64,000 bases of DNA from Lachnospiraceae bacterium (lineage in GTDB: Bacteria > Bacillota > Clostridia > Lachnospirales > Lachnospiraceae). Shown piece by piece: positions 35,635 through 45,832 of this stretch. Where the stretch lies: contig SVEY01000010.1 of the NCBI GenBank assembly GCA_015057165.1, positions 16,027-80,026 on the forward strand, in the 5' to 3' direction. A program made the translations under genes and the position numbers. The first letter of the stretch is position 1, and each line of letters opens with the position of its first letter. Under the pieces are notes generated by a model. The model ran no database searches. It saw only the letters and a program-made list of their open reading frames with translations, and was not told the origin of the DNA.

Positions 35635-36729
35635 ATGAATATTAAGAAAATTAGCATTGTAAGCATCTGCATCTTAAGCCTTGTTATTATGCTTTGTGGA
35701 TGCCAAAACAGTAAAGACAACAACGAATCTAATACTACAAATACAACGACTTCACCTCCAAAAATAGAATATTCATTAGGTGTATGTCTAGAAGGTAATA
35801 ATGAATATCACACACAGATATTACAGGGATTTATGGCTGGAATTACTGACTACTTCCCAGAGAATAATGCTCTTGTTAATACAACTATCGCTGATGATGT
35901 TAATAACACTGATATGATTTGTTCAAATTATATCCAATCTAACTCATCATTATTATTTACAATAGGAGAAAAGTCACTTCTGTCAGCACATAATCAAACA
36001 ACTACCCTTCCCATTATTGCCTCAGGGGTAATGGATTATAAGAGAGTTCTTAATATCCCTAATAGTCCTGATAATCAGGAATGGGATGGCACAACTAATA
36101 TGAATATCACAGGCGTATCTTCCACACCTAACATGGCAGATGTATTATCAATGATGATTGAGGTTACACCTAATCTTTCCTCTGTCGGATTACTCTATTC
36201 TCCAGAGGATCCTGATAGTTTATATCAAAACCATATATTAGAGAAATATCTAGACCAGGCAGGAATTCCATGGAAAGAGTATTCTTTCTATTCGTCTTCA
36301 ATGAGTACTGCTGCCGCAAGAGAACTTGCTCAATACGCATGTCTAGAATGTTCGGTTTTATACATACCTGCAGAATCAAGCCTAAAGGATAAGCAGGATA
36401 CCATTAGAAATGTTGCTTTAGAATTAAATACTCCAGTAGTTGGTGGAGACGAATACATTGGAGACAGAACACTTGTATCAATGTATAATGATCCTTTTGA
36501 TCAGGGTTATAACGCTGCAAAAACAGCTTATGATTTATTAGTTAAAGGAAAAAAGCCACAGTCTATGCCAATTATAAACTGTAGCTCTGATGCAGAGCAG
36601 AAACTATATGTAAAAGACATCAGCGACAAAATGGGTTATACATTTCCAAAATCATTCAAAGAGCGCGATGAATTCTTATCAACATATAAGCTAGGATCTA
36701 AGACAAAACGAGTCGAAAAAGATAATTAA
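35635..36729 (+). CDS. Orphan lipoprotein, ABC-type substrate-binding protein (ABC_sub_bind/BMP-like)
   Basis: Lipobox LCGCQ. Promoter TTGACT-N17-TAAAAT at 35574-35602. I chose the ATG at 35635 behind AAAAGGAG. No permease or ATPase gene is adjacent. Confidence 0.6.
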   Translation: MNIKKISIVSICILSLVIMLCGCQNSKDNNESNTTNTTTSPPKIEYSLGVCLEGNNEYHTQILQGFMAGITDYFPENNALVNTTIADDVNNTDMICSNYIQSNSSLLFTIGEKSLLSAHNQTTTLPIIASGVMDYKRVLNIPNSPDNQEWDGTTNMNITGVSSTPNMADVLSMMIEVTPNLSSVGLLYSPEDPDSLYQNHILEKYLDQAGIPWKEYSFYSSSMSTAAARELAQYACLECSVLYIPAESSLKDKQDTIRNVALELNTPVVGGDEYIGDRTLVSMYNDPFDQGYNAAKTAYDLLVKGKKPQSMPIINCSSDAEQKLYVKDISDKMGYTFPKSFKERDEFLSTYKLGSKTKRVEKDN

Positions 36730-36755
36730 TATATAGTACAGATTTTTTAACGCAA

Positions 36756-36785
36756 AAATGCTGCCTCATTTCTGAGGCAGCATTT
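36756..36785. terminator. Hairpin between convergent genes; likely a bidirectional terminator
   Basis: 13-bp perfect stem AAATGCTGCCTCA/TGAGGCAGCATTT with a 4-nt loop. Confidence 0.6.
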
Positions 36786-36792
36786 AAACTTT

Positions 36793-37230
36793 TTAATTAG
36801 TAATAGGACCTACGTAAACCGACTTATCAAATCCCATAACCATAAACATTATTGGCGCAAATAAAATTGTAAGTATATATTTTCCTACGCCCCATCCAAA
36901 GGAAAGGCACAATCTGTAATACATTACAAAGCGGACTACAAAAGTGAACAATTCCATTAACGCACCAAGTATTACGCACACAGTAACTGTTGCGAAGGAA
37001 AGCAATCCTGCACCAATTAAACCTCCTAAAAGCACTAACCAAAACCACATAGGATTCCAAGAAATCTTATATAAGGTATATGTATTATAAAAAGGGATAA
37101 TTGATTTCCAACCAGGCTCTCCAGCCTTCTTAAAAACATTCCAAATTCCAACAACATGAAGTATTGTCATTATGAGTGAAACTATAACAAAAATCAAAAT
37201 ATAATTCGATATTACGCTTAGCATTTCCAT
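36793..37230 (-). CDS. DUF5684-like small membrane protein
   Basis: ..VGIWNVFKKAGEPGWKSIIPFYNTYTLYKI.. motif and multiple TM segments. ATG at 37230 behind an AAGGAG RBS. Confidence 0.55.
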   Translation of the reverse strand: MEMLSVISNYILIFVIVSLIMTILHVVGIWNVFKKAGEPGWKSIIPFYNTYTLYKISWNPMWFWLVLLGGLIGAGLLSFATVTVCVILGALMELFTFVVRFVMYYRLCLSFGWGVGKYILTILFAPIMFMVMGFDKSVYVGPITN

Positions 37231-37371
37231 TAATCCGTCTCCTTGTATATACATTAGTTAAGTCTCGTGGATAGTATCATACCTTAAAGCAAAAGTCAAC
37301 TTAGGGTATATATGTTATAATATAAAGAAATAGCTATTCATATGCCAAAAATAGCAGCAAGGAGTCATACC

Positions 37372-38319
37372 ATGATTAGATTCACAATGCCAGATACATC
37401 TCTTCCAATAGCAGATCAAAATCAATTATTGAAAGAGCAATTCAACAAATTCATAAACTGTGATGCAATGAATGATATATTTTCCATACTGCACACTGAT
37501 ATTCATGATATAAAAACATCCTTTAATGGTCGAGTATTACCAAATGGAAGAATTATAGAAACTTTGGATTTTCCGGGTGACAAAAGGCTTGAGAAGTATC
37601 GTATTGACCTTTACGCTCCTCTTAAAGAGCTGGGATTTTATAACATTAATAAACCCTTATCTAACAATCACAGCCATATAACTATACTAGGTGGGAGTCT
37701 AACAGCAACGTATAACAGGACAAAGTATGCAACAAATTGGATAAACAAAGATACGAAGCATATTGATGGTTTAGCATGTTATCGTCCAATTAGCGCTAAA
37801 GAACGAATTCGCGCATCAAAAGACAAAACAGGCGATACTGAGTTTCATGCTATGTCTGAAGCATTTATAGAATCCTTCAACTTGCAAAAATATAGTATTA
37901 CTGATGATTTTGAAAGCGACAGAAATCTTAATAGTATTTCTAACATAAGAATTTTTTCTAATGATAACAACTCGCAAGAAGATGTGAATTACAGAGTACT
38001 TGCAGCACCATCGACTGCACCTGATATACGACGAGCAAACACTTCAGATACAATGAGTTTTTTCATAAATAACAGCAAACTAAATAAGGATTCCTCAATT
38101 CTCGCTATTACAACTAACAGATATTGCAACAGACAATTCATACAACTAGCAACTGAAATGCTCAACCTAAATGTGTCCTATTATTTGGACATTATAGGCT
38201 CTCTTGATGATGATCACGTTGATACAATTGACGATTACAATCCTTATCAATATATCCACGATGTAATTGCAACGATTAATCTAATTGAGAAATTCAACAA
38301 AAGCCTTCCTACTTCCTAG
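37372..38319 (+). CDS. Hypothetical protein, AT-rich; weak DUF218/YdcF-like pattern
   Basis: AAGGAG RBS before the ATG at 37372. The blocks ILGGS, TEFHAM, RRANTSDT and ILAITTNRYCNRQ loosely resemble YdcF/SanA-type motifs. Confidence 0.4.
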   Translation: MIRFTMPDTSLPIADQNQLLKEQFNKFINCDAMNDIFSILHTDIHDIKTSFNGRVLPNGRIIETLDFPGDKRLEKYRIDLYAPLKELGFYNINKPLSNNHSHITILGGSLTATYNRTKYATNWINKDTKHIDGLACYRPISAKERIRASKDKTGDTEFHAMSEAFIESFNLQKYSITDDFESDRNLNSISNIRIFSNDNNSQEDVNYRVLAAPSTAPDIRRANTSDTMSFFINNSKLNKDSSILAITTNRYCNRQFIQLATEMLNLNVSYYLDIIGSLDDDHVDTIDDYNPYQYIHDVIATINLIEKFNKSLPTS

Positions 38320-40525
38320 CATTTACTAGTTCAGTTATGCACATATCAAGGGAAGAATTGCGCTTTTCTATCTGTTCATTATCTATCATTCTATAGAATA
38401 CATCCTTTGAGCCAACTATAACAACACATTTCTTTGCTCTTGTAACTGCAGTATAAAGAATGTTACGAATCATTAATGGCTCAGGCGTCCTAAGCAAAGT
38501 GATTATGACTGCCGGATACTCACTTCCCTGAGATTTATGAACTGTTACTGCGTACGCATGCTCTAATTCATCAAGTTGTGAAAACTGATAATCTACGCTC
38601 CTATTATCATCGAACATTACTCTAAGAGTTCTAGTAACCATATCAATCATAGTTACGACTCCCATATCCCCATTAAACACACCAGTACCATTATTTATTG
38701 CCACATTATAGTCTGAATACTCCTTCCATTCCATCTGATAGTTGTTTTTAATCTGCATTACTTTGTCGCCTTCGCGAAAAACTCTATCTCCGTATTCATA
38801 CATTTTCTTCGAAGACGAAGGAGGATTAAGCCGTTCTTGTAGCACCTTATTTAATTCAACAGAACTAAGCAATCCTTTCTTCTTAGATGGTGTCAGAACC
38901 TGTATCTCTTCTGAGGTTGCATTCACGTATTTTGGAAGTTTATTCTTCACAAGATCAATTGTAGTATCAATTACGGTAGTAACATCTTCTCTTTCCATGA
39001 AGAAGAAATCAGCGCTATTATTATCAAGCACCATATGTTCACCGCTATTAATCTTATATGCATTAGTAACAATGTCACTTTCATCAGATTGTCTGAACAC
39101 TTTATCAAGGGTCACTACTGGGAACGCATCAGATGCGATTATATCCTTAAGTACATTTCCTGCACCAACGGACGGCAATTGATTAGTATCCCCCACCATT
39201 ATAAGTCTGACACCTGGCTCAATTGCTTTGAGAAGATTATAGTATAAGCTAATGTCTACCATTGACATTTCATCAATTATTACAACATCACATTCAAGAG
39301 GGTTATTCTCGTTTCTTTCGAAAACAGCAACCCCATTATCGCCATCAGAAGCTCCCTTAACCTCAAGCATTCTGTGTATTGTTCGGGCACCTCTACCTGT
39401 TGCTTCTGTCATCCTCTTAGCAGCTCTTCCTGTAGGTGCTGCTAAGAATATATCAAGTCCTTCTAGTTCGAAGAACTCTATCATTGTCTTAATTGTGGTT
39501 GTTTTTCCTGTTCCAGGACCACCTGTAAGTACACATACACCACTTTTTATCGCAACTTTTACTGCATTTTTTTGAAGCTCATCTAATTTTATTTTCTGTC
39601 TTTCTTCAACCCTGGATATCGCTTCATCCAACAAGCTTTCTTCTATGACAAATGTGCTATCAAGATTTAGAAGCATATTGGCTGCATTCATTTCCATATA
39701 ATAAAAAGATGAAAGATATACGTTATCCTCCTTTACCACAATTTTCTTATCAATAACAAGATTCATTAGATAAGAATCTAGCGAATCAAGATTAACACCT
39801 GTCAAACATTCAACAACTTTGCACAGATTCTCTTTAACTATAAAAGTGTGCCCTTCTGTTGCTCCCTTAGATAAGGCATAGAGAATTGCAGAACGAATTC
39901 TATAATCGCTATCAAGAGCTATATCCATCTTAAGAGCAATACTGTCCGCTATCTTAAAGCCCACCCCATCTATGTCTTCTGCAAGCCTATATGGATTTTC
40001 TCTAATAATTCTATATACAGCATCACTATATTCAGCATATATTCTTAGAGCCAGATTACTTCCTATTCCGTATTGATCTAAGAAGATCATAACATCTCTT
40101 AATTCTTTTTTCTCATTAATCTGATCTGCAATTTTTACAGCTTTTTTTATTGATATTCCTTTTATCTCAGCTAATCTTTCAGGCTCCTCTTCAAGAACTC
40201 TTAATGTATCTTCTTTAAATCTTGATACAATCTTCTTAGCATAGGACTTACCTATCCCCTTAATTGCACCTGAAGACAGATAATGCTCTATTCCTGCTAT
40301 GTCAGAAGGCTTTGTTACCTGGAATGAGTGCGCTTTGAACTGTCTGCCGTATGTAGGATGGTCAGTATACTCACCCTGTACTATTAATGTCTCACCTTCA
40401 TCAACACTTGGAAAAATGCCCACAACAATAATGTCCTCCTCTGAAGTAGAGAAAGACATTACTTTGTATCCATTATCTTCATTTTGATATATAATATGTT
40501 CTACATATCCTTGTATTTCATCCAT
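38309..40525 (-). CDS. recD2: RecD2-type SF1B ATP-dependent DNA helicase
   Basis: 738 aa. Walker A LTGGPGTGKTT and the motifs DEMSMVD, GDTNQLPSVGAG, VHKSQGSEYP. Confidence 0.92.
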   Translation of the reverse strand: MDEIQGYVEHIIYQNEDNGYKVMSFSTSEEDIIVVGIFPSVDEGETLIVQGEYTDHPTYGRQFKAHSFQVTKPSDIAGIEHYLSSGAIKGIGKSYAKKIVSRFKEDTLRVLEEEPERLAEIKGISIKKAVKIADQINEKKELRDVMIFLDQYGIGSNLALRIYAEYSDAVYRIIRENPYRLAEDIDGVGFKIADSIALKMDIALDSDYRIRSAILYALSKGATEGHTFIVKENLCKVVECLTGVNLDSLDSYLMNLVIDKKIVVKEDNVYLSSFYYMEMNAANMLLNLDSTFVIEESLLDEAISRVEERQKIKLDELQKNAVKVAIKSGVCVLTGGPGTGKTTTIKTMIEFFELEGLDIFLAAPTGRAAKRMTEATGRGARTIHRMLEVKGASDGDNGVAVFERNENNPLECDVVIIDEMSMVDISLYYNLLKAIEPGVRLIMVGDTNQLPSVGAGNVLKDIIASDAFPVVTLDKVFRQSDESDIVTNAYKINSGEHMVLDNNSADFFFMEREDVTTVIDTTIDLVKNKLPKYVNATSEEIQVLTPSKKKGLLSSVELNKVLQERLNPPSSSKKMYEYGDRVFREGDKVMQIKNNYQMEWKEYSDYNVAINNGTGVFNGDMGVVTMIDMVTRTLRVMFDDNRSVDYQFSQLDELEHAYAVTVHKSQGSEYPAVIITLLRTPEPLMIRNILYTAVTRAKKCVVIVGSKDVFYRMIDNEQIEKRNSSLDMCITELVNARK

Positions 40526-40984
40526 TTATGATTCAACCTTTTCATCTGAAGCTGCTGCAGAAGCCTGTTCAGCTGTCACATCCTTTGTTTCTGTCTCATC
40601 ATTTACACCCTGCATAACACTCTGCTCATTAGCAATACCATAATTTCTCTTCATCTGAGCTACAAGATCCTTGGTGAAATTACCTCCATACTCCTTAACC
40701 ATAGTTGAGGCAAGGTTCTGGATTGTGGAATCCATATAAAACTCTGTCATCTGAGAAGTAGAACTATTTTCATCTTCTGGCTTAACGGATTTCTTTACCT
40801 GTTTTATTACTTGCTCAAGCATATAGCTTTCAAAGGATTCTACTGCCTCTGTTAATTCTTCATCTGATGAATTAGCATTTACACTAGAAATAGAATTCGA
40901 AACCTTATTAGCTGCCTCAGCATTTCTTCCATTAACAGCCTGACTATTAAGATATGAACTAACTCCATCCATTGATAATCCCAT
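40526..40984 (-). CDS. Rod-binding (FlgJ N-terminal-like) flagellar protein
   Basis: 152 aa with a FESYMLEQVIKQ motif, directly downstream of the rod genes. Confidence 0.5.
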   Translation of the reverse strand: MGLSMDGVSSYLNSQAVNGRNAEAANKVSNSISSVNANSSDEELTEAVESFESYMLEQVIKQVKKSVKPEDENSSTSQMTEFYMDSTIQNLASTMVKEYGGNFTKDLVAQMKRNYGIANEQSVMQGVNDETETKDVTAEQASAAASDEKVES

Positions 40985-40995
40985 AATCTATCTCC

Positions 40996-41814
40996 TTATC
41001 TCTTCAAGTTGTTAGCTGTGTCCATCATAGAATCTGTAGTTGTAATAACTTTTGAATTCATCTCATAAGCACGCTGTGCAACAATCAAGTTAACCATCTC
41101 ATCTGCAACATTGACATTAGATCCCTCTAAGAATCCTTGTGCAATAGAACTTGGCCTAAGTCCTGGATTAATATCTTCTCTCATTGCCGGACCAGATGCG
41201 GCTGACTCAGCAAGTAAATTGTTAGCTTGTTTCTCCAGACCAACAGGATTTCTAAACTGGAATAATCCAATAAACTGTCCTGTACTAACAGCTGTTCCAT
41301 CTGGCAATCTATAAGCGACTTCGCCAGTTGTTCCAACACTGACTCCGGCAGAACCTGCTCCCTCCGGTAATTCAATCCACTGACCATTTCTATCAAGTAC
41401 TGGATTACCCTGTGCATTAGTGAAAATAAGTCCGCCTGCATTATTAAGACTCCAGTTAAAGTCACCATTTCTTGTATAATATGTGGCTCCATCCTCACCG
41501 CTTACAGCAAAGAAGCCAGAACCATTTATGCAACAAGCCATATTATTCGCACTAGCAAGCTGTGCACCTTGGGTATAGCTTGTATTAATTGATGCAACTC
41601 GTGCACCCAGACCTACCTGTGCATTAGTAGGCTTTGGATTACCATTTGCAGTGGTAGACCTTTCTTGAAGTGTCTGATATAAAAGGGATTTAAATTGTGT
41701 ACTTTGTGATTTAAATCCTGTGGTATTAACATTAGCCAAGTTATTAGCTATTGTATCTACGCTTGTCTGCTGGGCTTTCATTCCTGAAGCGCCAGTCCAA
41801 AGTGATCTCATCAT
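40996..41814 (-). CDS. flgG: Flagellar basal-body rod protein FlgG (FlhP-like)
   Basis: MMRSLWTGASGMKAQQ...ANNLANVNT... and C-terminal ..AQRAYEMNSKVI. Confidence 0.9.
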   Translation of the reverse strand: MMRSLWTGASGMKAQQTSVDTIANNLANVNTTGFKSQSTQFKSLLYQTLQERSTTANGNPKPTNAQVGLGARVASINTSYTQGAQLASANNMACCINGSGFFAVSGEDGATYYTRNGDFNWSLNNAGGLIFTNAQGNPVLDRNGQWIELPEGAGSAGVSVGTTGEVAYRLPDGTAVSTGQFIGLFQFRNPVGLEKQANNLLAESAASGPAMREDINPGLRPSSIAQGFLEGSNVNVADEMVNLIVAQRAYEMNSKVITTTDSMMDTANNLKR

Positions 41815-41856
41815 AATCGTGCCCCTCCTGTTAAGCTAGCTGCTTATTTCTCCAGG

Positions 41857-42657
41857 TTATACCCGGCCAACCTGAGTTACTGCTTTCTCCAGAGTAGAGT
41901 CTTCTGTCTGAATCATCTTCTGACCAGTCTCATATGCTCTCTGAATAGCAATCATATTGACCATCTCATCAACAACATTTACATTACTCATCTCTAATGC
42001 CCCTTGCTCAATAAGTGCATTACTTGCAATAATCTGTCCTCCAGGTACAAGATCGTACAGATTCTCTCCATATTTTGACAGGAAGTCATAATTTGCAAAA
42101 TCAACGACACCTATCTGGCCAACTATTTGTCCATTCTGAGTAATAAAACCTTGTGAATTGATTGTATATTCCTGAGTTGGGTCAATTCGAACATAATTGG
42201 CCTGATTATTAGCAGAATTCAACGCACCGTTCATATTAAGCAAATAATCTCCGTCACCTGTTCTGAAATACCCGTCATTGTCCACGGAAAAAGCACCGTC
42301 CCTGGTATACTTTATAGAGGTCTGCCCTGCCCTATTGGTAAATGATATAGCAAAAAAACCATCGCCTGATATAGCAATGTCGGATTTCTTATCAGTTACC
42401 TGTAAACTTCCCTGATCATAGTTGGTATAGGTCTCACCAATTTTTACACCCAAAGTAACATCACCTATTCCACTTACATGAGTTGGTACAGTGATGTCCT
42501 TAATTCTATAGGCTAACATATCTGAGAAAGCTTGTGATGTTGCACCTTCCTTCTTATAACCTACTGTAGATGCATTAGCCAAATTGTTAGCTAGCGTCTC
42601 AAGTCTTTTCTCTTCGTTAACCATTCCGGTGAAAGCTGTGTATAAACCTTTTACCAT
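41857..42657 (-). CDS. Flagellar hook-basal body rod protein (FlgF/FlhO-like)
   Basis: MVKGLYTAFTGM...ANNLANAST... and ..IQRAYETGQKMI. ATG at 42657 behind a GGAGGATG RBS. Confidence 0.85.
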   Translation of the reverse strand: MVKGLYTAFTGMVNEEKRLETLANNLANASTVGYKKEGATSQAFSDMLAYRIKDITVPTHVSGIGDVTLGVKIGETYTNYDQGSLQVTDKKSDIAISGDGFFAISFTNRAGQTSIKYTRDGAFSVDNDGYFRTGDGDYLLNMNGALNSANNQANYVRIDPTQEYTINSQGFITQNGQIVGQIGVVDFANYDFLSKYGENLYDLVPGGQIIASNALIEQGALEMSNVNVVDEMVNMIAIQRAYETGQKMIQTEDSTLEKAVTQVGRV

Positions 42658-42764
42658 AGCATCCTCCAATTCACATGAATCTAGTTGTACATATATTCTA
42701 TCGGTTACTTTATAGAAAATATTAAGTACAAAAAAGACCCAAAAATAATTTTTGGGTCACTTAA

Positions 42765-43760
42765 TTACTCGCCAGTTCCTTCTCCAGCAAGTAGTTCAAC
42801 ATATCTACCTGTTCCAATAGCAACACAAGTCATAGGGTCTTCTGCTGTCATTGTATTAATTCCTGTTCTGTCCTCAATAAGTTCTTCTAGACCTCTAAGA
42901 AGAGCTCCACCACCAGTAAGGACAATTCCTCTATCAGCCACGTCAGCCGCAAGCTCAGGTGGCGTCTTCTCTAATACAGAATGAATTGCTTCAACAATCT
43001 GAAGTGTTGCTTCTTTTAATGCTTCTTCTGTCTCTTCTGAAGAAATTGTTATGGTCTTAGGAAGACCTGTAACAAGGTTACGTCCTCTTACATCCATAGT
43101 TTCAGGTGCTGGAAGTGGGAAGCATGTTCCAATATTAATTTTAATATCTTCTGCTGTTCTCTCTCCGATAAGCAGGTTATGCTTCTTACGCATATATCTT
43201 ACAATCGCTTCGTCGAAATCATCACCTGCTATCTTAATGGATGTACTTACAACAGAGCCACCAAGTGATATTACAGCAATATCTGCTGTTCCACCACCTA
43301 TATCAACAACCATGTTACCACATGGGCGTGTTATATCAATTCCTGCACCAATAGCAGCAGCGATTGGCTCTTCTATAATCTTAACGTCTCTAGCTCCCGC
43401 TGCAAATCCAGCATCTTCTACAGCACGTCTCTCTACTTCTGTAACTCCAGATGGAACACATACACTAACAAGAGGCTTTCTGTAGCTCTTCTTACCAAGC
43501 GCTTTCTGTAAGAAATACTTCATCATCTTCTCAGTTACTGTATAATCAGATATTACACCTTGACGAAGAGGTCTTACGGCAACGATGTTACCTGGTGTTC
43601 TACCAATCATAAGACGAGCTTCCTCACCTATAGCCTTAATCTTGTTAGAATCTCTGTCAAATGCCACTACTGAAGGCTCTTTTAACACAACGCCTTTTCC
43701 TTTAACATATACAAGAATACTAGCAGTTCCCAAATCAATTCCAATATCAGATGAAACCAT
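42765..43760 (-). CDS. mreB: Rod-shape-determining actin homologue MreB/Mbl
   Basis: 331 aa. DLGTA.., VVDIGGGTAD and LTGGGALLRGL motifs. Synteny with the rod genes resembles Bacillus mbl-flhO-flhP. Confidence 0.95.
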   Translation of the reverse strand: MVSSDIGIDLGTASILVYVKGKGVVLKEPSVVAFDRDSNKIKAIGEEARLMIGRTPGNIVAVRPLRQGVISDYTVTEKMMKYFLQKALGKKSYRKPLVSVCVPSGVTEVERRAVEDAGFAAGARDVKIIEEPIAAAIGAGIDITRPCGNMVVDIGGGTADIAVISLGGSVVSTSIKIAGDDFDEAIVRYMRKKHNLLIGERTAEDIKINIGTCFPLPAPETMDVRGRNLVTGLPKTITISSEETEEALKEATLQIVEAIHSVLEKTPPELAADVADRGIVLTGGGALLRGLEELIEDRTGINTMTAEDPMTCVAIGTGRYVELLAGEGTGE

Positions 43761-43931
43761 TTATTACTCCTTTCATATATAGACAAGCAATTATGTATTA
43801 TACATAAAATCGCATAAATTTGCATATTACTATAACTATTATAATCATTTTCTTTGTTTTTTCAAGAATTTTAAGCTTTTTTATTAATTATTTAATTTTA
43901 TTTTTCCCTCTTTCGAAGAAGTACTAAAAAT

Positions 43932-43995
43932 CCCTCTTTCAATATGTCTGACTTAGTTACCATATGTAGCTAAAGTCGACATATATGAAAGAGGG
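43932..43995 (-). terminator. Long-stem rho-independent terminator after the chemoreceptor gene
   Basis: Arms of about 20 bp (CCCTCTTTCAATATGTCTGAC / GTCGACATATATGAAAGAGGG) and a 22-nt loop, followed by a TTTTTAG tract in the minus sense. Confidence 0.7.
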
Positions 43996-44029
43996 CTTTA
44001 TTATTCTGTAAAGCTGTAATGTATACAAA

Positions 44030-45820
44030 TTATTCAGTGGTTTCCTCTAATGATGTATCATTTGTTCCTTCCGGAATAAACGGATTATTTTCAACCTTGA
44101 ACCTTGCTATAATTGCCTCTAAATCTTCGGCAGAGCGACTTACACTTCCGCCGTTTTCTGATAACAGTTCAACATTATCATTAACCCTATCTGTAGTAGC
44201 ATTAAGCTCTTGTGCTGTAGCTGCATTTTGTTCAGATATCGCTGATAATTTCTGAATAAGACTTGAAATATTAGCAACTCCCTCTCCAAGGTCTTCATTA
44301 TTAGTATGTAATTCATCTACAGACTCATTAATAATCTGAATTCTATCTGCAATATCAGTAAAACTATGACTAGTTTCATCAACTGCTTCTTTCTGACGAT
44401 TAACGTATTCTCGTACATTATCACTTTGTCTGGCTGCATTATCAGTATTACTCTGTAAATCAGCAAGCATCTCATTAATAATATTAACAGAATCAGCTGA
44501 TTGTTCTGATAGATTCCTAATCTCATCTGCAACTACCGCAAAGCCTTTTCCCGCTTCACCGGCACGAGCTGCCTCAATAGAAGCATTAAGAGATAGAAGG
44601 TTAGTCTGTTCCGCAATTGAAGAAATAAGATCAGATGCCTCAGAAATCTTACTTGTAGATTGCTCAATACCATTTATCACTTCGAATATCTTCTCAAATG
44701 CCTCAACACTTTGTTCTGTAATGTCCTTAAGCCCATTAACATTCTTCATTCCATCATTAGTCACCTGTCTAATCTCTTCATTAGCAGATGCAAGAGCAGT
44801 TGTACTCTTATTACTATTCTCCATCATCTCGTCAACTCTAGACATAACGCTGGAAATATCTTCTATATCAGCCGCTTGACCTGTGGCTGACTCTGCAAGT
44901 TCTGATGCAGCATTATTAATTGACTCAATTGATCCGGCTGTATCCTTTGTAGATTCATCCATTTCTCGACTACTATCAGCAAGAAGTTCGGATGAGCCCT
45001 TTAATGATGAAATAACCTCTCGTAAATGTGTCTGCATATCTCTTGCCGCTTTATTAAGCGCTCCTATTTCATCCTTTGAATTAAGCGGTTTAATCTCGTC
45101 CGTCAAATCATTATGCGCTATAGCATCAAACTTCTTAGCAACATAACTTAGATTGTTTCTAATATATCTAACAACAAATACTGTATAGATTACTGTCGCA
45201 ATCATTATTATTGCTATAACAACAAGCATTATTATAAGACTTCTAATCGTACCAGATGAGATTTGTGCCTTTTCCTGGTTAACATATTCTTTAACAATTA
45301 CTCCCATTTTATTAATAGGGCTAATTACACTAGGAAATGCCTCCCTTGCCTTGTCAAAATTACTTACTGTACTTGCCTTAGATGGGTCAGAGAGAGCTTT
45401 CCAATCATGGAAACTCTTCTCGAATTCATCAATACACTGGTTAATATCTGACCCCTCATAATTAAATGTTGCAAGTTCAGGATAATTAACCATTACTTTC
45501 TCTATATTCTTTATAGCACTATAAGCTTCGCCAACAGCATCAGAATAAGTTTTTGTCTTCTCCTCAGTGAATTCCTTAGCCGGCTTACCCTTCTCGGCTT
45601 CCTCTACATATTCTTTGTTAGCAATTGATGCAACATATAAATCCTTCTCTGCTACAAGCGAATCATCATTTACTGTATATAATTCATCATAGAATATACT
45701 CTCCATATCATTCATGGTAGATAACATCCCATATGATAGTAAAACCAGTCCAATTATGCCAGCAAATATTATAGAAAATGCGGCGGTCAAAAGCTTAACT
45801 AAAATACTCGCGTTTCTCAT
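44030..45820 (-). CDS. Methyl-accepting chemotaxis protein
   Basis: 596 aa. Two TM segments flank a sensor domain of about 170 aa, followed by HAMP and the conserved signalling hairpin ..[32 protein letters not shown]. Confidence 0.92.
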   Translation of the reverse strand: MRNASILVKLLTAAFSIIFAGIIGLVLLSYGMLSTMNDMESIFYDELYTVNDDSLVAEKDLYVASIANKEYVEEAEKGKPAKEFTEEKTKTYSDAVGEAYSAIKNIEKVMVNYPELATFNYEGSDINQCIDEFEKSFHDWKALSDPSKASTVSNFDKAREAFPSVISPINKMGVIVKEYVNQEKAQISSGTIRSLIIMLVVIAIIMIATVIYTVFVVRYIRNNLSYVAKKFDAIAHNDLTDEIKPLNSKDEIGALNKAARDMQTHLREVISSLKGSSELLADSSREMDESTKDTAGSIESINNAASELAESATGQAADIEDISSVMSRVDEMMENSNKSTTALASANEEIRQVTNDGMKNVNGLKDITEQSVEAFEKIFEVINGIEQSTSKISEASDLISSIAEQTNLLSLNASIEAARAGEAGKGFAVVADEIRNLSEQSADSVNIINEMLADLQSNTDNAARQSDNVREYVNRQKEAVDETSHSFTDIADRIQIINESVDELHTNNEDLGEGVANISSLIQKLSAISEQNAATAQELNATTDRVNDNVELLSENGGSVSRSAEDLEAIIARFKVENNPFIPEGTNDTSLEETTE

Positions 45821-45832
45821 ACCCTTCTCCTC

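Noticed and set aside
43051-43485. Long antisense ORFs opposite well-supported genes. Examples: 43051-43485 opposite mreB; 4144-4527 opposite the transaldolase; 18572-19063 opposite the lipoprotein; 38742-39182 and 39252-39575 opposite recD2; 49144-49512 opposite uvrA; 55452-55871 opposite thiC.
   Set aside because: These are shadow frames of strongly conserved genes on the other strand. Their composition is low-complexity and Ser/Leu/Pro-rich, they lack RBSs, and I recognise no motifs.
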